In this document: piece after piece, positions 1-9,382 of the stretch
Position numbering within the stretch: position 1 is the stretch's first letter
How the letters are laid out: each line of letters begins with the position of its first letter
NCBI GenBank assembly: GCA_002898395.1
Contig: BEHE01000010.1
Location: 14,976 to 78,975, forward strand
Source of the DNA: Candidatus Calditenuaceae archaeon HR02
GTDB taxonomy: Archaea > Thermoproteota > Nitrososphaeria_A > Caldarchaeales > Calditenuaceae
DNA: 64,000 nucleotides
Direction of reading: 5' to 3'
Position numbers and translations under genes: made by a program
Notes under the pieces: generated by a model
Databases searched by the model: none
What the model was told of the DNA's origin: nothing
What the model saw: only the letters and a program-made list of their open reading frames with translations

Positions 1-2
1 TG

Positions 3-485
3 ATTGCGTGGGCTTTTGTCGAGGACGATGTGGAGAAGGTCATCGATGCCGGGCTATCCGTCATCCCTGAGAGGTGTAGGCTTAGAGAGGCTGTGGAGAT
101 CGTGGTTAATGCTTGGAAGAGGGGTACTGACTGGGATGAGGCAGTAGGCCTAATCGAGAATAGGCTACACCAATACCACCCAGTCCACACAATACCTAAC
201 GCGGCCATAGTCGCTGCATCACTCCTCTGGGGAGAGGGAGACTATACGAAATCGATAACGCTAGCCGTGTCCTGTGGCCTTGACACAGACTGCAACGGAG
301 CAACCGTGGGCTCAATCATAGGGGTCATGAAAGGGTATGATGGGCTTGGAGACCACGCCAAGAGGACTTGGCTCGAACCCCTGAACGACAGGCTTGAGAG
401 CTATATTCCTGGTCTCCAGCGGCTGAAGATGACAGAGGCCGCTGAGCGGATATTCTTAGCGGCACTAAAAGCAAGCCAAGCATGA
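3..485 (+). CDS. ADP-ribosylglycohydrolase family protein (5' end outside window)
   Basis: HTIPNAAIV...GLDTDCNGATVGSIIG is the DTD metal-binding motif of the ARH family; frame is open to the window edge. Confidence 0.8.
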   Translation: MAWAFVEDDVEKVIDAGLSVIPERCRLREAVEIVVNAWKRGTDWDEAVGLIENRLHQYHPVHTIPNAAIVAASLLWGEGDYTKSITLAVSCGLDTDCNGATVGSIIGVMKGYDGLGDHAKRTWLEPLNDRLESYIPGLQRLKMTEAAERIFLAALKASQA

Positions 486-491
486 CCAACC

Positions 492-1349
492 ATGTTTAAA
501 TCGCTGCCCAAAGCATTTGATGTCACTCCCACTTGGAGAAGGGTTGCCATCTACTCAGCCCTCTCCACACTACTGGCAGCCCTAGTGGATATAATCGTCT
601 ACCTAATGGGCGGGTTGACGGGCGTCCCCGTAACTCTAGGCTGGGGGGCCATCAGAATGTATACGCCCACGGCCTCGGCCCTCTTAGTAGCTGGGCATAG
701 AGAAGTTAAGGGTTATCTCCGTCTGGGCAGGAAGGTATTAGTATTCTACCTTACTTCCCCACTGATAGCTTATTTGGCTATCCTCCTCTACCTCCTTATA
801 ATAGCCCCGATAGGTCTACTAACACTTGAGCACCTCCAGGTTGAATTGCCGATTACCCTTGTCCCTGAGGTTCTGATTGTGTTGATGCTTCTCAGCGCCT
901 ACTTCCCAGCCATAACGATAAACACGCTCTTCGCGCTGGGGGAGGAGATAGGGTGGAGGGGGTTCCTCCAAATTGAGCTGGAGGCGCTGGGCCTCAGCCT
1001 CGCAAAGGCGGCACTCCTCGTGGGACTAGTGTGGGGTGTCTGGCACGCACCAGCAATCCTTCTCTTAGGCTACAACTATCCGGATAATCCTGTGCTGGGC
1101 GCCCTCCTGTTTACAGCCTTCACTGTTACGCTATCGCTTCCTCATGCTATAATCAGGCATCTTTCATTAAGCGTCATACCTGCTGCATCTCTTCACGGGA
1201 CCGTAAATGCAATCTGGGGCCTAACAGTAGTGGCAACCCGTCTCCCACGCGAGTTAGGTGGTCTCGGCCCTCTAGGCATTGCCGTGTGGGTAATAATATC
1301 GCTGATACTCCACCTCGCCCTCCGCCGGCAGAGGCGCGCTACCTCTTAG
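492..1349 (+). CDS. CPBP (CAAX protease/Abi) family intramembrane metalloprotease
   Basis: GEEIGWRGFL, WGVWHAP and LHGTVN motifs; multiple TM helices. Confidence 0.9.
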   Translation: MFKSLPKAFDVTPTWRRVAIYSALSTLLAALVDIIVYLMGGLTGVPVTLGWGAIRMYTPTASALLVAGHREVKGYLRLGRKVLVFYLTSPLIAYLAILLYLLIIAPIGLLTLEHLQVELPITLVPEVLIVLMLLSAYFPAITINTLFALGEEIGWRGFLQIELEALGLSLAKAALLVGLVWGVWHAPAILLLGYNYPDNPVLGALLFTAFTVTLSLPHAIIRHLSLSVIPAASLHGTVNAIWGLTVVATRLPRELGGLGPLGIAVWVIISLILHLALRRQRRATS

Positions 1350-1602
1350 ACTGCTCCTGCCTAAGCCCACAGTACGTACACTCTTCGGCCTCAGCTGGAA
1401 TCTCTCTAAGACAATACCAGCAGAACTTCATCCCAGGATTCTCAGGCACTACCTCCTCTCTCTTCTCGGTGAAGAATCCTGCAGCAATCATCAATACCCC
1501 CGCCGCTGCAAGTATCCAGAAGGCCTGAAGACCCACAACGAAGAGAACCAGACCCGTGAGGAAGACGATGAGCCCGGAAAAAATCATCGGCGGATTCAAC
1601 AA
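1339..1602 (-). CDS. small membrane protein with C-terminal zinc ribbon
   Basis: two TM helices, then CWYC...CTYCG; TTTAAA box upstream. Confidence 0.65.
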   Translation of the reverse strand: MLNPPMIFSGLIVFLTGLVLFVVGLQAFWILAAAGVLMIAAGFFTEKREEVVPENPGMKFCWYCLREIPAEAEECTYCGLRQEQSKR

Positions 1603-1704
1603 AGAATAGAATCATAGACCCAGCTTTAAAACTTCGCCAAAAAACGCTGAGACGGGCCATACCTCATCTGCTGTGCGGGCGAATTCAGCAAATTAATTGG
1701 CCCG

Positions 1705-2112
1705 CTACGCGGCTGTAAACCATTTAATATCCAGTATGCTCCCGCTCCTTTGTTCTCTAAAAACCGGCCTAACCCTCATACCTGTCTGTGGGTTTATGGA
1801 CGGGTCGAGAATGTGCAGTAATCCCCCATCAACGCCGTCGAATTTTACGAAGACCCATGTAACTGGTGGGTTAACTGGCTCCCCCTCTATGTTGATGAAG
1901 GAGCGTGTATAGGTGACTATCAGCCCCTTTTCTTCGATTGTTTGGTACTCTTTAATAGGCCTGTAGCATTTCAGGCAATAGGCTCTGGGCGGTATTATCA
2001 TGTGATTGCATGTACCGCATTTGCTTGCAATCAGCCTGCCAAGCCTTAACCCTTCCAGGAATCTCGAGAGGGCTACACCTGCAGGATATTCGTAAAAACT
2101 CTCTATACTCAT
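1705..2112 (-). CDS. DUF35 Zn-ribbon/OB-fold protein
   Basis: CGTC..PPRAYC..C, GMRVRPVF; next to thiolase-fold genes. Confidence 0.9.
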   Translation of the reverse strand: MSIESFYEYPAGVALSRFLEGLRLGRLIASKCGTCNHMIIPPRAYCLKCYRPIKEYQTIEEKGLIVTYTRSFINIEGEPVNPPVTWVFVKFDGVDGGLLHILDPSINPQTGMRVRPVFREQRSGSILDIKWFTAA

Positions 2113-2780
2113 AACGCATCATCCTCAAACGGTGCGAAATATCCTATATCTAATATGCTGCCAACCCTTTCCTCTGGCTTTCTCCAAACAGGCTTTACAC
2201 GCATTCCGACATGAACTTTTTCCGGGTCAACTCCCTGAACCTTATGTAATAGGCCTGCGGCATATAGAACTGTTCTGGACGAATTCACCTTTTTAACAGT
2301 TCCGTCGAACCAAACCACAGCAATAATTAGGGGCCTCTCAAACCTGACCTTAGGATCTGTTCCAATATATGATAACGAGTAGGTCGATATGATACCAGTC
2401 CCCGGGTGCTCGATCCATTTGTCTACGTCTCTAAAACACCACTCACAGAAGGTGCGTGGAGGTATCAACACGCGTCCACAGCTTTCGCACCCTGTTCCAA
2501 GTATCTTACCGTTTTTTAGACCCTCGAGAAAACGGGAGAAAGCCATCCCTGCCGAGTGTCTATACATGCATGCAATATGCCAGTAGCTTAGGACAAGATT
2601 ATCGACCTGCCACCCCTCCATCTCCGTGTGTCTCTTCTCTATTGATGAAGCCCAGCTGTCTAATCTCCCAAACTCTTTATCGAGTCCGTGCCTCTGTATG
2701 TACTTGACCAAGTCTTCTGGTAGTTGTTTTAAGTAGTTTGGCGAGAACCTTGAGGGTGTAACTCTTGTCATGACCTGCAC
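2109..2780 (-). CDS. DUF35 Zn-ribbon/OB-fold protein with N-terminal extension
   Basis: CESCGRVLIPPRTFCEWC, GMRVKPVW; overlaps both neighbours. Confidence 0.85.
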   Translation of the reverse strand: MQVMTRVTPSRFSPNYLKQLPEDLVKYIQRHGLDKEFGRLDSWASSIEKRHTEMEGWQVDNLVLSYWHIACMYRHSAGMAFSRFLEGLKNGKILGTGCESCGRVLIPPRTFCEWCFRDVDKWIEHPGTGIISTYSLSYIGTDPKVRFERPLIIAVVWFDGTVKKVNSSRTVLYAAGLLHKVQGVDPEKVHVGMRVKPVWRKPEERVGSILDIGYFAPFEDDAL

Positions 2781-3922
2781 ACCACTACTTGAGCGACCTG
2801 CATCAAGTCACCCCAAGCCTGCGCAACACCGACACACGCATTCGGAACCTGTCTCTTCCCCGCCCTCCCCGATAGCTGCCAGTAAAGCTCAGCAACCTTC
2901 ATCAGCCCTGCAGCCGCTATCGGGTTTCCAACACCTAAGAGGCCGCCTGAAGGGCATGTGGGATAATCTCCATCCCTTTCCAACTGCCCCTCTGCTAAAA
3001 GCTTGGGTGCGAGACCAGGCTTCCCCAGCAGAGCGTCTAGGTGGTGGAGCTCTTTGTAGGTGAATGGGTCATAGGGCTCAAATACATCGATCTCTTTGAG
3101 CGGATTGGCTATCCCGGCCATCTTGTAGGCTTGCTGCGCCGCCAAATAAACGTAGTAGGGGTATGCGAGGTCGCGGTTGGTCCAGAACTGGCTGTCCAGA
3201 CATGCACCCACGCCGTCAATCCAAACAGGCGTGTCGGTTATCTTCTTGGCCTCCTCTTCCGAGGCGAAGACAAGGGCTACGGCTCCGTCTGACGATGGGC
3301 TGATGTCAAGCCTGTGCACGGGCCAAACCAGTACAGGCGACTTAAGGACGTCTTCAACGGTTATTTTTGCTCCCAGCTGGGCGTATGGATGGTCTAGGGC
3401 GTTACCCTTATTCTTGACCGCGACTCGGGCTATCAGCTCCTTAGACAGTTTATGAGCCTCCATGTAGCGGCGCATCTCTAATGCGAATATCCATATCAGG
3501 TTTGGGCCGAGAGGCTGCTCTATAATGGGGTCGAAGATTGTCTTGAAGAGGGGCTGGGCATGTGGGTATGGGTGACTCATCTTCTCCCATGCCACGACCA
3601 AAACTTTCTTGAAGGCTCCTGACGCGACATGCCACCAGCCTGCAACAGCCACACCCACTCCCGTCCCGCCGCCCACATAGATTCTAGAATAGGGTTTTCC
3701 AACCCCGTCAGAGGGCTCAACCCCAACGAGTCCCTTATGATGGTATCCGTCGAATGCGTCGGGTGCCGACCCAGACACTACTGCGTCAATATCTTTGAAC
3801 TCGAGCCCACAGTCATCCAGGCTCTTTCTAGCGGCCTCGTATATCATTTCTTGAGGGGTCATCGGTAGCATGGAGCGGAAATATGTCATCCCCGCGCCAA
3901 CGATAGCTACTTTTTTCCCCAA
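2768..3922 (-). CDS. thiolase-fold protein (SCP2/Ltp2-like, no nucleophilic Cys)
   Basis: VAIVGAGMT, VAVKNKGNA, SDGAVALV, PSGGLLGVGNP. Confidence 0.88.
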   Translation of the reverse strand: MGKKVAIVGAGMTYFRSMLPMTPQEMIYEAARKSLDDCGLEFKDIDAVVSGSAPDAFDGYHHKGLVGVEPSDGVGKPYSRIYVGGGTGVGVAVAGWWHVASGAFKKVLVVAWEKMSHPYPHAQPLFKTIFDPIIEQPLGPNLIWIFALEMRRYMEAHKLSKELIARVAVKNKGNALDHPYAQLGAKITVEDVLKSPVLVWPVHRLDISPSSDGAVALVFASEEEAKKITDTPVWIDGVGACLDSQFWTNRDLAYPYYVYLAAQQAYKMAGIANPLKEIDVFEPYDPFTYKELHHLDALLGKPGLAPKLLAEGQLERDGDYPTCPSGGLLGVGNPIAAAGLMKVAELYWQLSGRAGKRQVPNACVGVAQAWGDLMQVAQVVVCRS

Positions 3923-3926
3923 CTCA

Positions 3927-5030
3927 TCACACCCCTACACTCAGCACCACAGCCGCGCCCCCATCTACAACCTCACCATCAGGTGAGGCCACTATACACG
4001 AACTCCACTTGCCGGTTCTTAGCAGGTTGATGGACTGGGCCAGTCTCTGGAGCCCTGCAGCGTTTAACGGATAACCCATCCCAATACACCCACCCGAAGG
4101 ATTCACCGGTAAATGACCATCTATGTTAAAATCGCCATCCCGCAGAGACTTGCAAATGCTCTCCCTAACGACGCCTAGTGCCTCCAATACCGTCAGCTCG
4201 CTGTGGGCGAAAGGCTCTGAAATCTCTACAAAATCTATCCTCCTGAGCCTTGTCTGCTTAAAAGCCATGTTTGCCGCAGCCCTTGCCCAGCGTGACTGGC
4301 CCCACACCTTTAAAGAAAAGTCTGGCGAGTAGCTGCCCGCAGCAAATCCGAAAGCCTCAACCCGCACCTCTCCAAGGCTCCTCTCCGTGGTCAACAAGAT
4401 GGCCGCAGCATACTCACAGGGCGCTGCGACGTGACCCCTCCTTAGCGGCTCCGATATAACCTCCGTACCCTCAACCCCCTCGACAGACGTATCTTCAGCA
4501 AATGCCGCCGAAGGGTTTTTGAGAGCATTCCTCTTATTTTTGACTGCGACTAGGGAAAGGTCACTGGCCTCGCAGCCAGAGTTTGCAAGATACGCCTGTG
4601 CATCCAGTGCGGCAATGGTATAGAAATGGGGGGTGAGTGGTCTGATAAGGTGTGGGTCGAAAGAGTTTAAAACGATTTCGGGATAGTTTAGAATATCTGA
4701 GGCCTTGGCATAGGCCGTAACTAAAATGGTTCTGAATTGCCCCGTCCTCAAAAGCATACACCCGTGGATAAACGCGTTCAAGGCGTCATTGGAGACGAGG
4801 GTGTTGAACTTTAGGCGTCCACCCACTTGGTCAGGCGTGTATGAATCAGTAATGCTCATACCCTCATAGAAATCCATGCCGCTGGAAACTATACCATCCA
4901 CGTCTGCTGGTGTAATCCCGGCGTCGAAGTAGGCTTTCACCGCAGCCCTGTACAGCATCTCCCTAAAATCCATGTCATCGTATCTTGATCTACAGGGGAT
5001 TTCACCTACACCAGCAATCCAAATGTCCAT
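3927..5030 (-). CDS. thiolase-fold protein, second divergent subunit
   Basis: IWIAGVG, VAVKNKRNALKNP, VNPSGGCIGMGYP; ATG at 5030 avoids overlap with the upstream gene. Confidence 0.85.
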   Translation of the reverse strand: MDIWIAGVGEIPCRSRYDDMDFREMLYRAAVKAYFDAGITPADVDGIVSSGMDFYEGMSITDSYTPDQVGGRLKFNTLVSNDALNAFIHGCMLLRTGQFRTILVTAYAKASDILNYPEIVLNSFDPHLIRPLTPHFYTIAALDAQAYLANSGCEASDLSLVAVKNKRNALKNPSAAFAEDTSVEGVEGTEVISEPLRRGHVAAPCEYAAAILLTTERSLGEVRVEAFGFAAGSYSPDFSLKVWGQSRWARAAANMAFKQTRLRRIDFVEISEPFAHSELTVLEALGVVRESICKSLRDGDFNIDGHLPVNPSGGCIGMGYPLNAAGLQRLAQSINLLRTGKWSSCIVASPDGEVVDGGAAVVLSVGV

Positions 5031-5040
5031 CCCAACACCC

Positions 5041-6180
5041 CTAGTAGGATTTTGGCAGACCCAAAACATGTCGGCCGATGTAGCTAAGCACAAGCTCGTT
5101 GGTGACTGGGGCGGTTATGAAGAGTCTTATAACTGGATAGAACGTTATAATGTCTGTGTCTATATCGTAGGCATTGCCCCCAAAGGTCTGCATCGCTATC
5201 TCAAAGGCCTCCAAACCAGCCTCAGAGGCGACAAGCTTAGCCATGTTTGCCTCAGCTCCCACCTTTCCCCCACCGTCGAATAGTCTAGCCGCATGATAGT
5301 TCAGGGACCTGGCAGCCTCTAAATGCGCCTTGGCACGCGCCATCCTAAACTGAAGACCCTGATAAGACCCTATCGGCTTATCAAAGACAACCCTCTGCTT
5401 AGCATACTCGACAGCCCTCTTAAGGACATATTCCCCTAAACCTATACTACAGGCAGCTATCAATATTCTCTCCACATTAAGACAGTCGAAAAGATAACTG
5501 GCCCCCTTATCCGCTTCCCCTATCAGATTCTCATCGCCCAGCTCGACATCATCAAAATAAACAGTATACTGACTCTCCGGGGAATATAGCTCAATGTTAA
5601 GTGCCTCGAACGATATTCCACTCGTGCTTGTCTCCACAATAAACAACGATATACCATCCTTCTTATCCTCAACCTCCTCGTATCTTTTCGTCCTAGCCAC
5701 TATAAGCAGGTAGTCTGACTCGCGCGCGCCTGTAATGAATGTCTTCTGCCCGTTCAAGATATAGCCGCCGTCCCTCCTTTTTGCAAATGTTCTTATCCGC
5801 CAAGTATTCGAGCCGGCCTCGGCCTCCGTAATGCAAAAGCTTATCTTCTTTCCCTGCTCACATGTAGGTCTGACAAACTTTTCAAATTGCTGCTCAGTCC
5901 CATACCTATCTATTACCGTCCTAGAGAGATGTGTTGTCAGAAATTGAAGGAGGGGTAGCCCGGCCCTCGCTAGGCCTTCCTGAACAAGGACGGCCTCCAA
6001 GAGCGCTGTGCCCGAAACTCTTTTAACACCTACGCTTGTTAGGTTTGTCTTTAAGAGTTCCCCCCACAACAACTCAGGACTTTTCTTCTCACGAGCACAA
6101 CGCAACCAATAATCCCTGCCAACAATTGTACCTATTCTTTCAGCTGTTTTAAGAATTAATACCTCCTCTTCTGAAAGCAT
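5041..6180 (-). CDS. acyl-CoA dehydrogenase
   Basis: FCITEAEAGSN, LNGQKTFITGA, RVVFDKPIGSYQ, QTFGGNAY. Confidence 0.93.
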   Translation of the reverse strand: MLSEEEVLILKTAERIGTIVGRDYWLRCAREKKSPELLWGELLKTNLTSVGVKRVSGTALLEAVLVQEGLARAGLPLLQFLTTHLSRTVIDRYGTEQQFEKFVRPTCEQGKKISFCITEAEAGSNTWRIRTFAKRRDGGYILNGQKTFITGARESDYLLIVARTKRYEEVEDKKDGISLFIVETSTSGISFEALNIELYSPESQYTVYFDDVELGDENLIGEADKGASYLFDCLNVERILIAACSIGLGEYVLKRAVEYAKQRVVFDKPIGSYQGLQFRMARAKAHLEAARSLNYHAARLFDGGGKVGAEANMAKLVASEAGLEAFEIAMQTFGGNAYDIDTDIITFYPVIRLFITAPVTNELVLSYIGRHVLGLPKSY

Positions 6181-6265
6181 ATGATTAGAAAGGCTCGGAG
6201 ATAATTAAGCATTAAAACAATATCACAAGTAGCCAATTCGCGTTGGGGATAAAAAACCTCGCAGC

Positions 6266-6862
6266 CTAGAGAGGAGTAAATATAGCCGCCCAGAACAAAC
6301 GCCCTTTCTCGAACAGATACGGCTCAAAACCTTTCTGCCTGAGGAGGGGGATGATCTCTGACGGCTCCGTGCCGTGTCCCAGCATCCTAGACGCTATTGG
6401 CTCATAAACCATGAGTAGGCTGTCTTGCTTCATCTTGCGTCTAACCTGGCTAAGCGCCCTCCCCTTATCCTCTATATGGTGGAGGCTTAGCATGAAAACA
6501 ACCCTATCAGCAGACCGGTCAGGAACCCCATCCAACTCTTCAGCCCTAGCCCTCACCGGTAGTATGTTTTTTACACATAGTTTAGCAGCCCTCTGCCTAA
6601 GCTTCCATAGATATTTGTCGGAGATGTCCACTGCATAAACGAGGCCCTTGTCCCCTACTATCGATGCTGCAGGAAAGGCAAGAAAGCCAGTACCACACCC
6701 AACATCCAGCAAAACATGCCCCTCCCTCAGCCCCATAACCCTTAACAACTTGTAGGGATCCTGAGCTAGTTTCCTCAGAGGCATTTCTAGGAAAAACCCC
6801 TCGAGCACAGACTGAGTACTAGTCACGCTGAAGTACCGGTAATATTTTCTCAAAGTAGTCAA
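6266..6862 (-). CDS. class I SAM-dependent methyltransferase (true start probably ~6810 or 6784)
   Basis: LLDVGCGTG motif I, YAVDIS, SLHH. Confidence 0.85.
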   Translation of the reverse strand: MTTLRKYYRYFSVTSTQSVLEGFFLEMPLRKLAQDPYKLLRVMGLREGHVLLDVGCGTGFLAFPAASIVGDKGLVYAVDISDKYLWKLRQRAAKLCVKNILPVRARAEELDGVPDRSADRVVFMLSLHHIEDKGRALSQVRRKMKQDSLLMVYEPIASRMLGHGTEPSEIIPLLRQKGFEPYLFEKGRLFWAAIFTPL

Positions 6863-8789
6863 GCGATTCGGGGTTGATCAAGGCATCCCTGTTTATAACT
6901 CTTCTTCCATTTATGATGTTTGAAACCGCAATTTCCACCTTCTTCATGTTAAAAGTATACGGTATGTCAGGCACCTCTAAGATAATGTCGGGAACATGTC
7001 GAGGTGAGACTTTTTCCCTCAGCTCTTTTTTAATCATCTCCCTGAGCTCTTCCGTCAAAGAATATTTATCCGCCATTTTGACGAAAAGTATTATTCTTTG
7101 GTCACCCCGCCAGTTCTGCCCAACCGCTAGGCTGTCAGCTATCTCCTTGAATCTCTCAACCACACTGTAGATCTCAGCTGTCCCAATCCTAACTCCAGAC
7201 TTCTTGATCACAGCGTCTGATCTCCCTAAGAAAGTAATTCCTCCCGTGTCGCTGTGGAATATGACGTAGTCCCCATGCCTCCACACCCTCTTATGAGTAT
7301 AGAACCTGAAATATGCGTCAAGATATTTCTCATAGTCCGGATCGTTAAGGAAGTAAAGCGGCATAGAGGGGGCTGGAGCCTCGCAAACAAGTTCTCCTTC
7401 CCTGTCGTAAACCGGGTTCCCCTGTTCATCATAACACTTTATCTTCATGCCTAAAGCTGGTGATTGGAGTTGTCCTGCATAGACTGGTAACATCGGGCTA
7501 CCTATAGCAAAGCAGCCATTGATATCGGTGCCGCCTGATATAGAGTTGAAGTGGTGATCCCTCTTAACCTCCTCATATACCCACTTAAACCCATCGGCAG
7601 ACAGGGGGGAACCGGTCTGCGATATCTCCCGTAGTGTTGTGAGGTCAAAGCTTCTCCGCGGTGACGCATTCAGGCTCCTGAGATAATTGATATAGCTTGC
7701 ACTGCATCCAAAAATTGAGACTTCATACTCGTCGATTAGGAGCCACATTCTCCTCCAGTCAGGATAGTTGGGGTCGCCGTCATAAAGTAGTAATGTAGCC
7801 CCTGTCGCGAGAGAAGTCATCAACCAGTTCCACATCATCCAGCTAGTAGAGGTTATGTACGTGATAGTGTCCGTTGGCTTAAGGTCTGTGTATATAATAA
7901 GCTCCTTCAAGTGATTGACAAGTATCCCTGCAACAGATTGTGCCAAGCATTTAGGCTTGCCTGTGGTCCCCGAGGTAAACATTATGTATATTGGGGTTGA
8001 GGAAGGAACTTGTGTAAATGAAAAACCATCTCCAGGCTTGGTGAAGTCGCTGTAAAGAATGGCATTCTCTACCATATCTATCTTAGGGTTCTCCTCTAGG
8101 TATGGTACAACAACCACACATTTTATAGACGGTATATTGTCAACGATTTTCTTCACCCTCTCTAAGACATTGTATCTCTTACCCTTGTAAAAGTATCCAT
8201 CTACTGTGATGAGTACTTTAGGCGAAACCTGTCCAAACCTGTCGACCGCCGCTTCAGCCCCTATTTCTGTGCCTGTTGATGACCATGTTCCCCCCAGCGA
8301 GGCGGTCGCAAGCATGCCTACGCACGCTTCAACAGTGTTAGGAATGTATCCACATACCCTATCACCTTCTCCAACCCCCACGTCCTGCAAGTCTTTAGCC
8401 AACCCCACAACTTCACGGTAGAGATCAAGGTAAGAAATCCTTCTTGAAAACCCATCTTCTCTAACAGCTATGATGGCTGTTTTACCATCCCTTACCCGGA
8501 GAAGGTTTTCAGCAAAGTTGAGCCTCGCACCTATAAACCATGAAGCTCCGGGAAACCTGCTCAAGTCATCAACTACTCGCCAGTAGAGCTTAGAGGCCTT
8601 GATCTCGACAAAGCTCCAGACCGCATCCCAGAATTCAGGTATATTTTCAATAGACCAGTTGTACAGCTTGAAATACGCGTATCTTTCAAACGGGTCTACT
8701 CCAAGTCCTTTCTTTCCATCGACATATTCGATGAATCGCCTCATGTTGGATTTTTCTATCACTTCTGTCGAAGGCTCCCAAAGAAGCAA
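6819..8789 (-). CDS. acetoacetate-CoA ligase
   Basis: IMFTSGTTGKPKC, WMMWNWL, SISGGTDINGCF, WRHGD, GRSDA. Confidence 0.92.
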   Translation of the reverse strand: MLLWEPSTEVIEKSNMRRFIEYVDGKKGLGVDPFERYAYFKLYNWSIENIPEFWDAVWSFVEIKASKLYWRVVDDLSRFPGASWFIGARLNFAENLLRVRDGKTAIIAVREDGFSRRISYLDLYREVVGLAKDLQDVGVGEGDRVCGYIPNTVEACVGMLATASLGGTWSSTGTEIGAEAAVDRFGQVSPKVLITVDGYFYKGKRYNVLERVKKIVDNIPSIKCVVVVPYLEENPKIDMVENAILYSDFTKPGDGFSFTQVPSSTPIYIMFTSGTTGKPKCLAQSVAGILVNHLKELIIYTDLKPTDTITYITSTSWMMWNWLMTSLATGATLLLYDGDPNYPDWRRMWLLIDEYEVSIFGCSASYINYLRSLNASPRRSFDLTTLREISQTGSPLSADGFKWVYEEVKRDHHFNSISGGTDINGCFAIGSPMLPVYAGQLQSPALGMKIKCYDEQGNPVYDREGELVCEAPAPSMPLYFLNDPDYEKYLDAYFRFYTHKRVWRHGDYVIFHSDTGGITFLGRSDAVIKKSGVRIGTAEIYSVVERFKEIADSLAVGQNWRGDQRIILFVKMADKYSLTEELREMIKKELREKVSPRHVPDIILEVPDIPYTFNMKKVEIAVSNIINGRRVINRDALINPESLDYFEKILPVLQRD

Positions 8790-9028
8790 GGTCTACAAAA
8801 CATACGTGGCAACTACCTATAAATTTTTTAATACACATTTAAAAGAGCCTTTCCCTAACAATTACGGATAGACCACTTCATCGCGAGACCCGCGGCTACC
8901 AAAAATATCATGAGTCCCGACACCCTCTCTTCCCCCTAACAGGGACAAAGGTACTCTTATTTTTGGCTAGGGGCGGAGGGTGGAGGTTATCGGTCCACCA
9001 GCGTAGTTAGGGTCCGCTTAACGGGTCA

Positions 9029-9349
9029 CTAGTCTGCGGCCATGGTGCTTTCTGCGTTAAACTCTGAGTCTGTTTTAGCCGCACCAGTATAAACCCTATG
9101 ACCCACATGGTATTCGAGCTCATCTCTATACATGTATTTTCGGCAAGTGTGACACCAGTAAAACTCCACTCCCTCGAGACCCGAGACGCCCAGCTCAGCC
9201 AAGCCGAAGAACTCGCATGGGTCTTCATTTCCAAATCTGATTCTGTCGTAATTTAGGCTGGCCGGGTTGGAGCACGTTCCAACCCCCTCGATGAGGGGGT
9301 AGGGGAGAAAGTGTATACAATCACGGCATTGAAATTCCCTTCTAGTCAC
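9029..9349 (-). CDS. small Cys-rich metal-binding hypothetical protein
   Basis: CRDC..C..C and CHTC..H..H; TATA box upstream. Confidence 0.7.
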   Translation of the reverse strand: MTRREFQCRDCIHFLPYPLIEGVGTCSNPASLNYDRIRFGNEDPCEFFGLAELGVSGLEGVEFYWCHTCRKYMYRDELEYHVGHRVYTGAAKTDSEFNAESTMAAD

Positions 9350-9382
9350 ATGGTTTAAACGATCTATGGCTCTATAATATTA

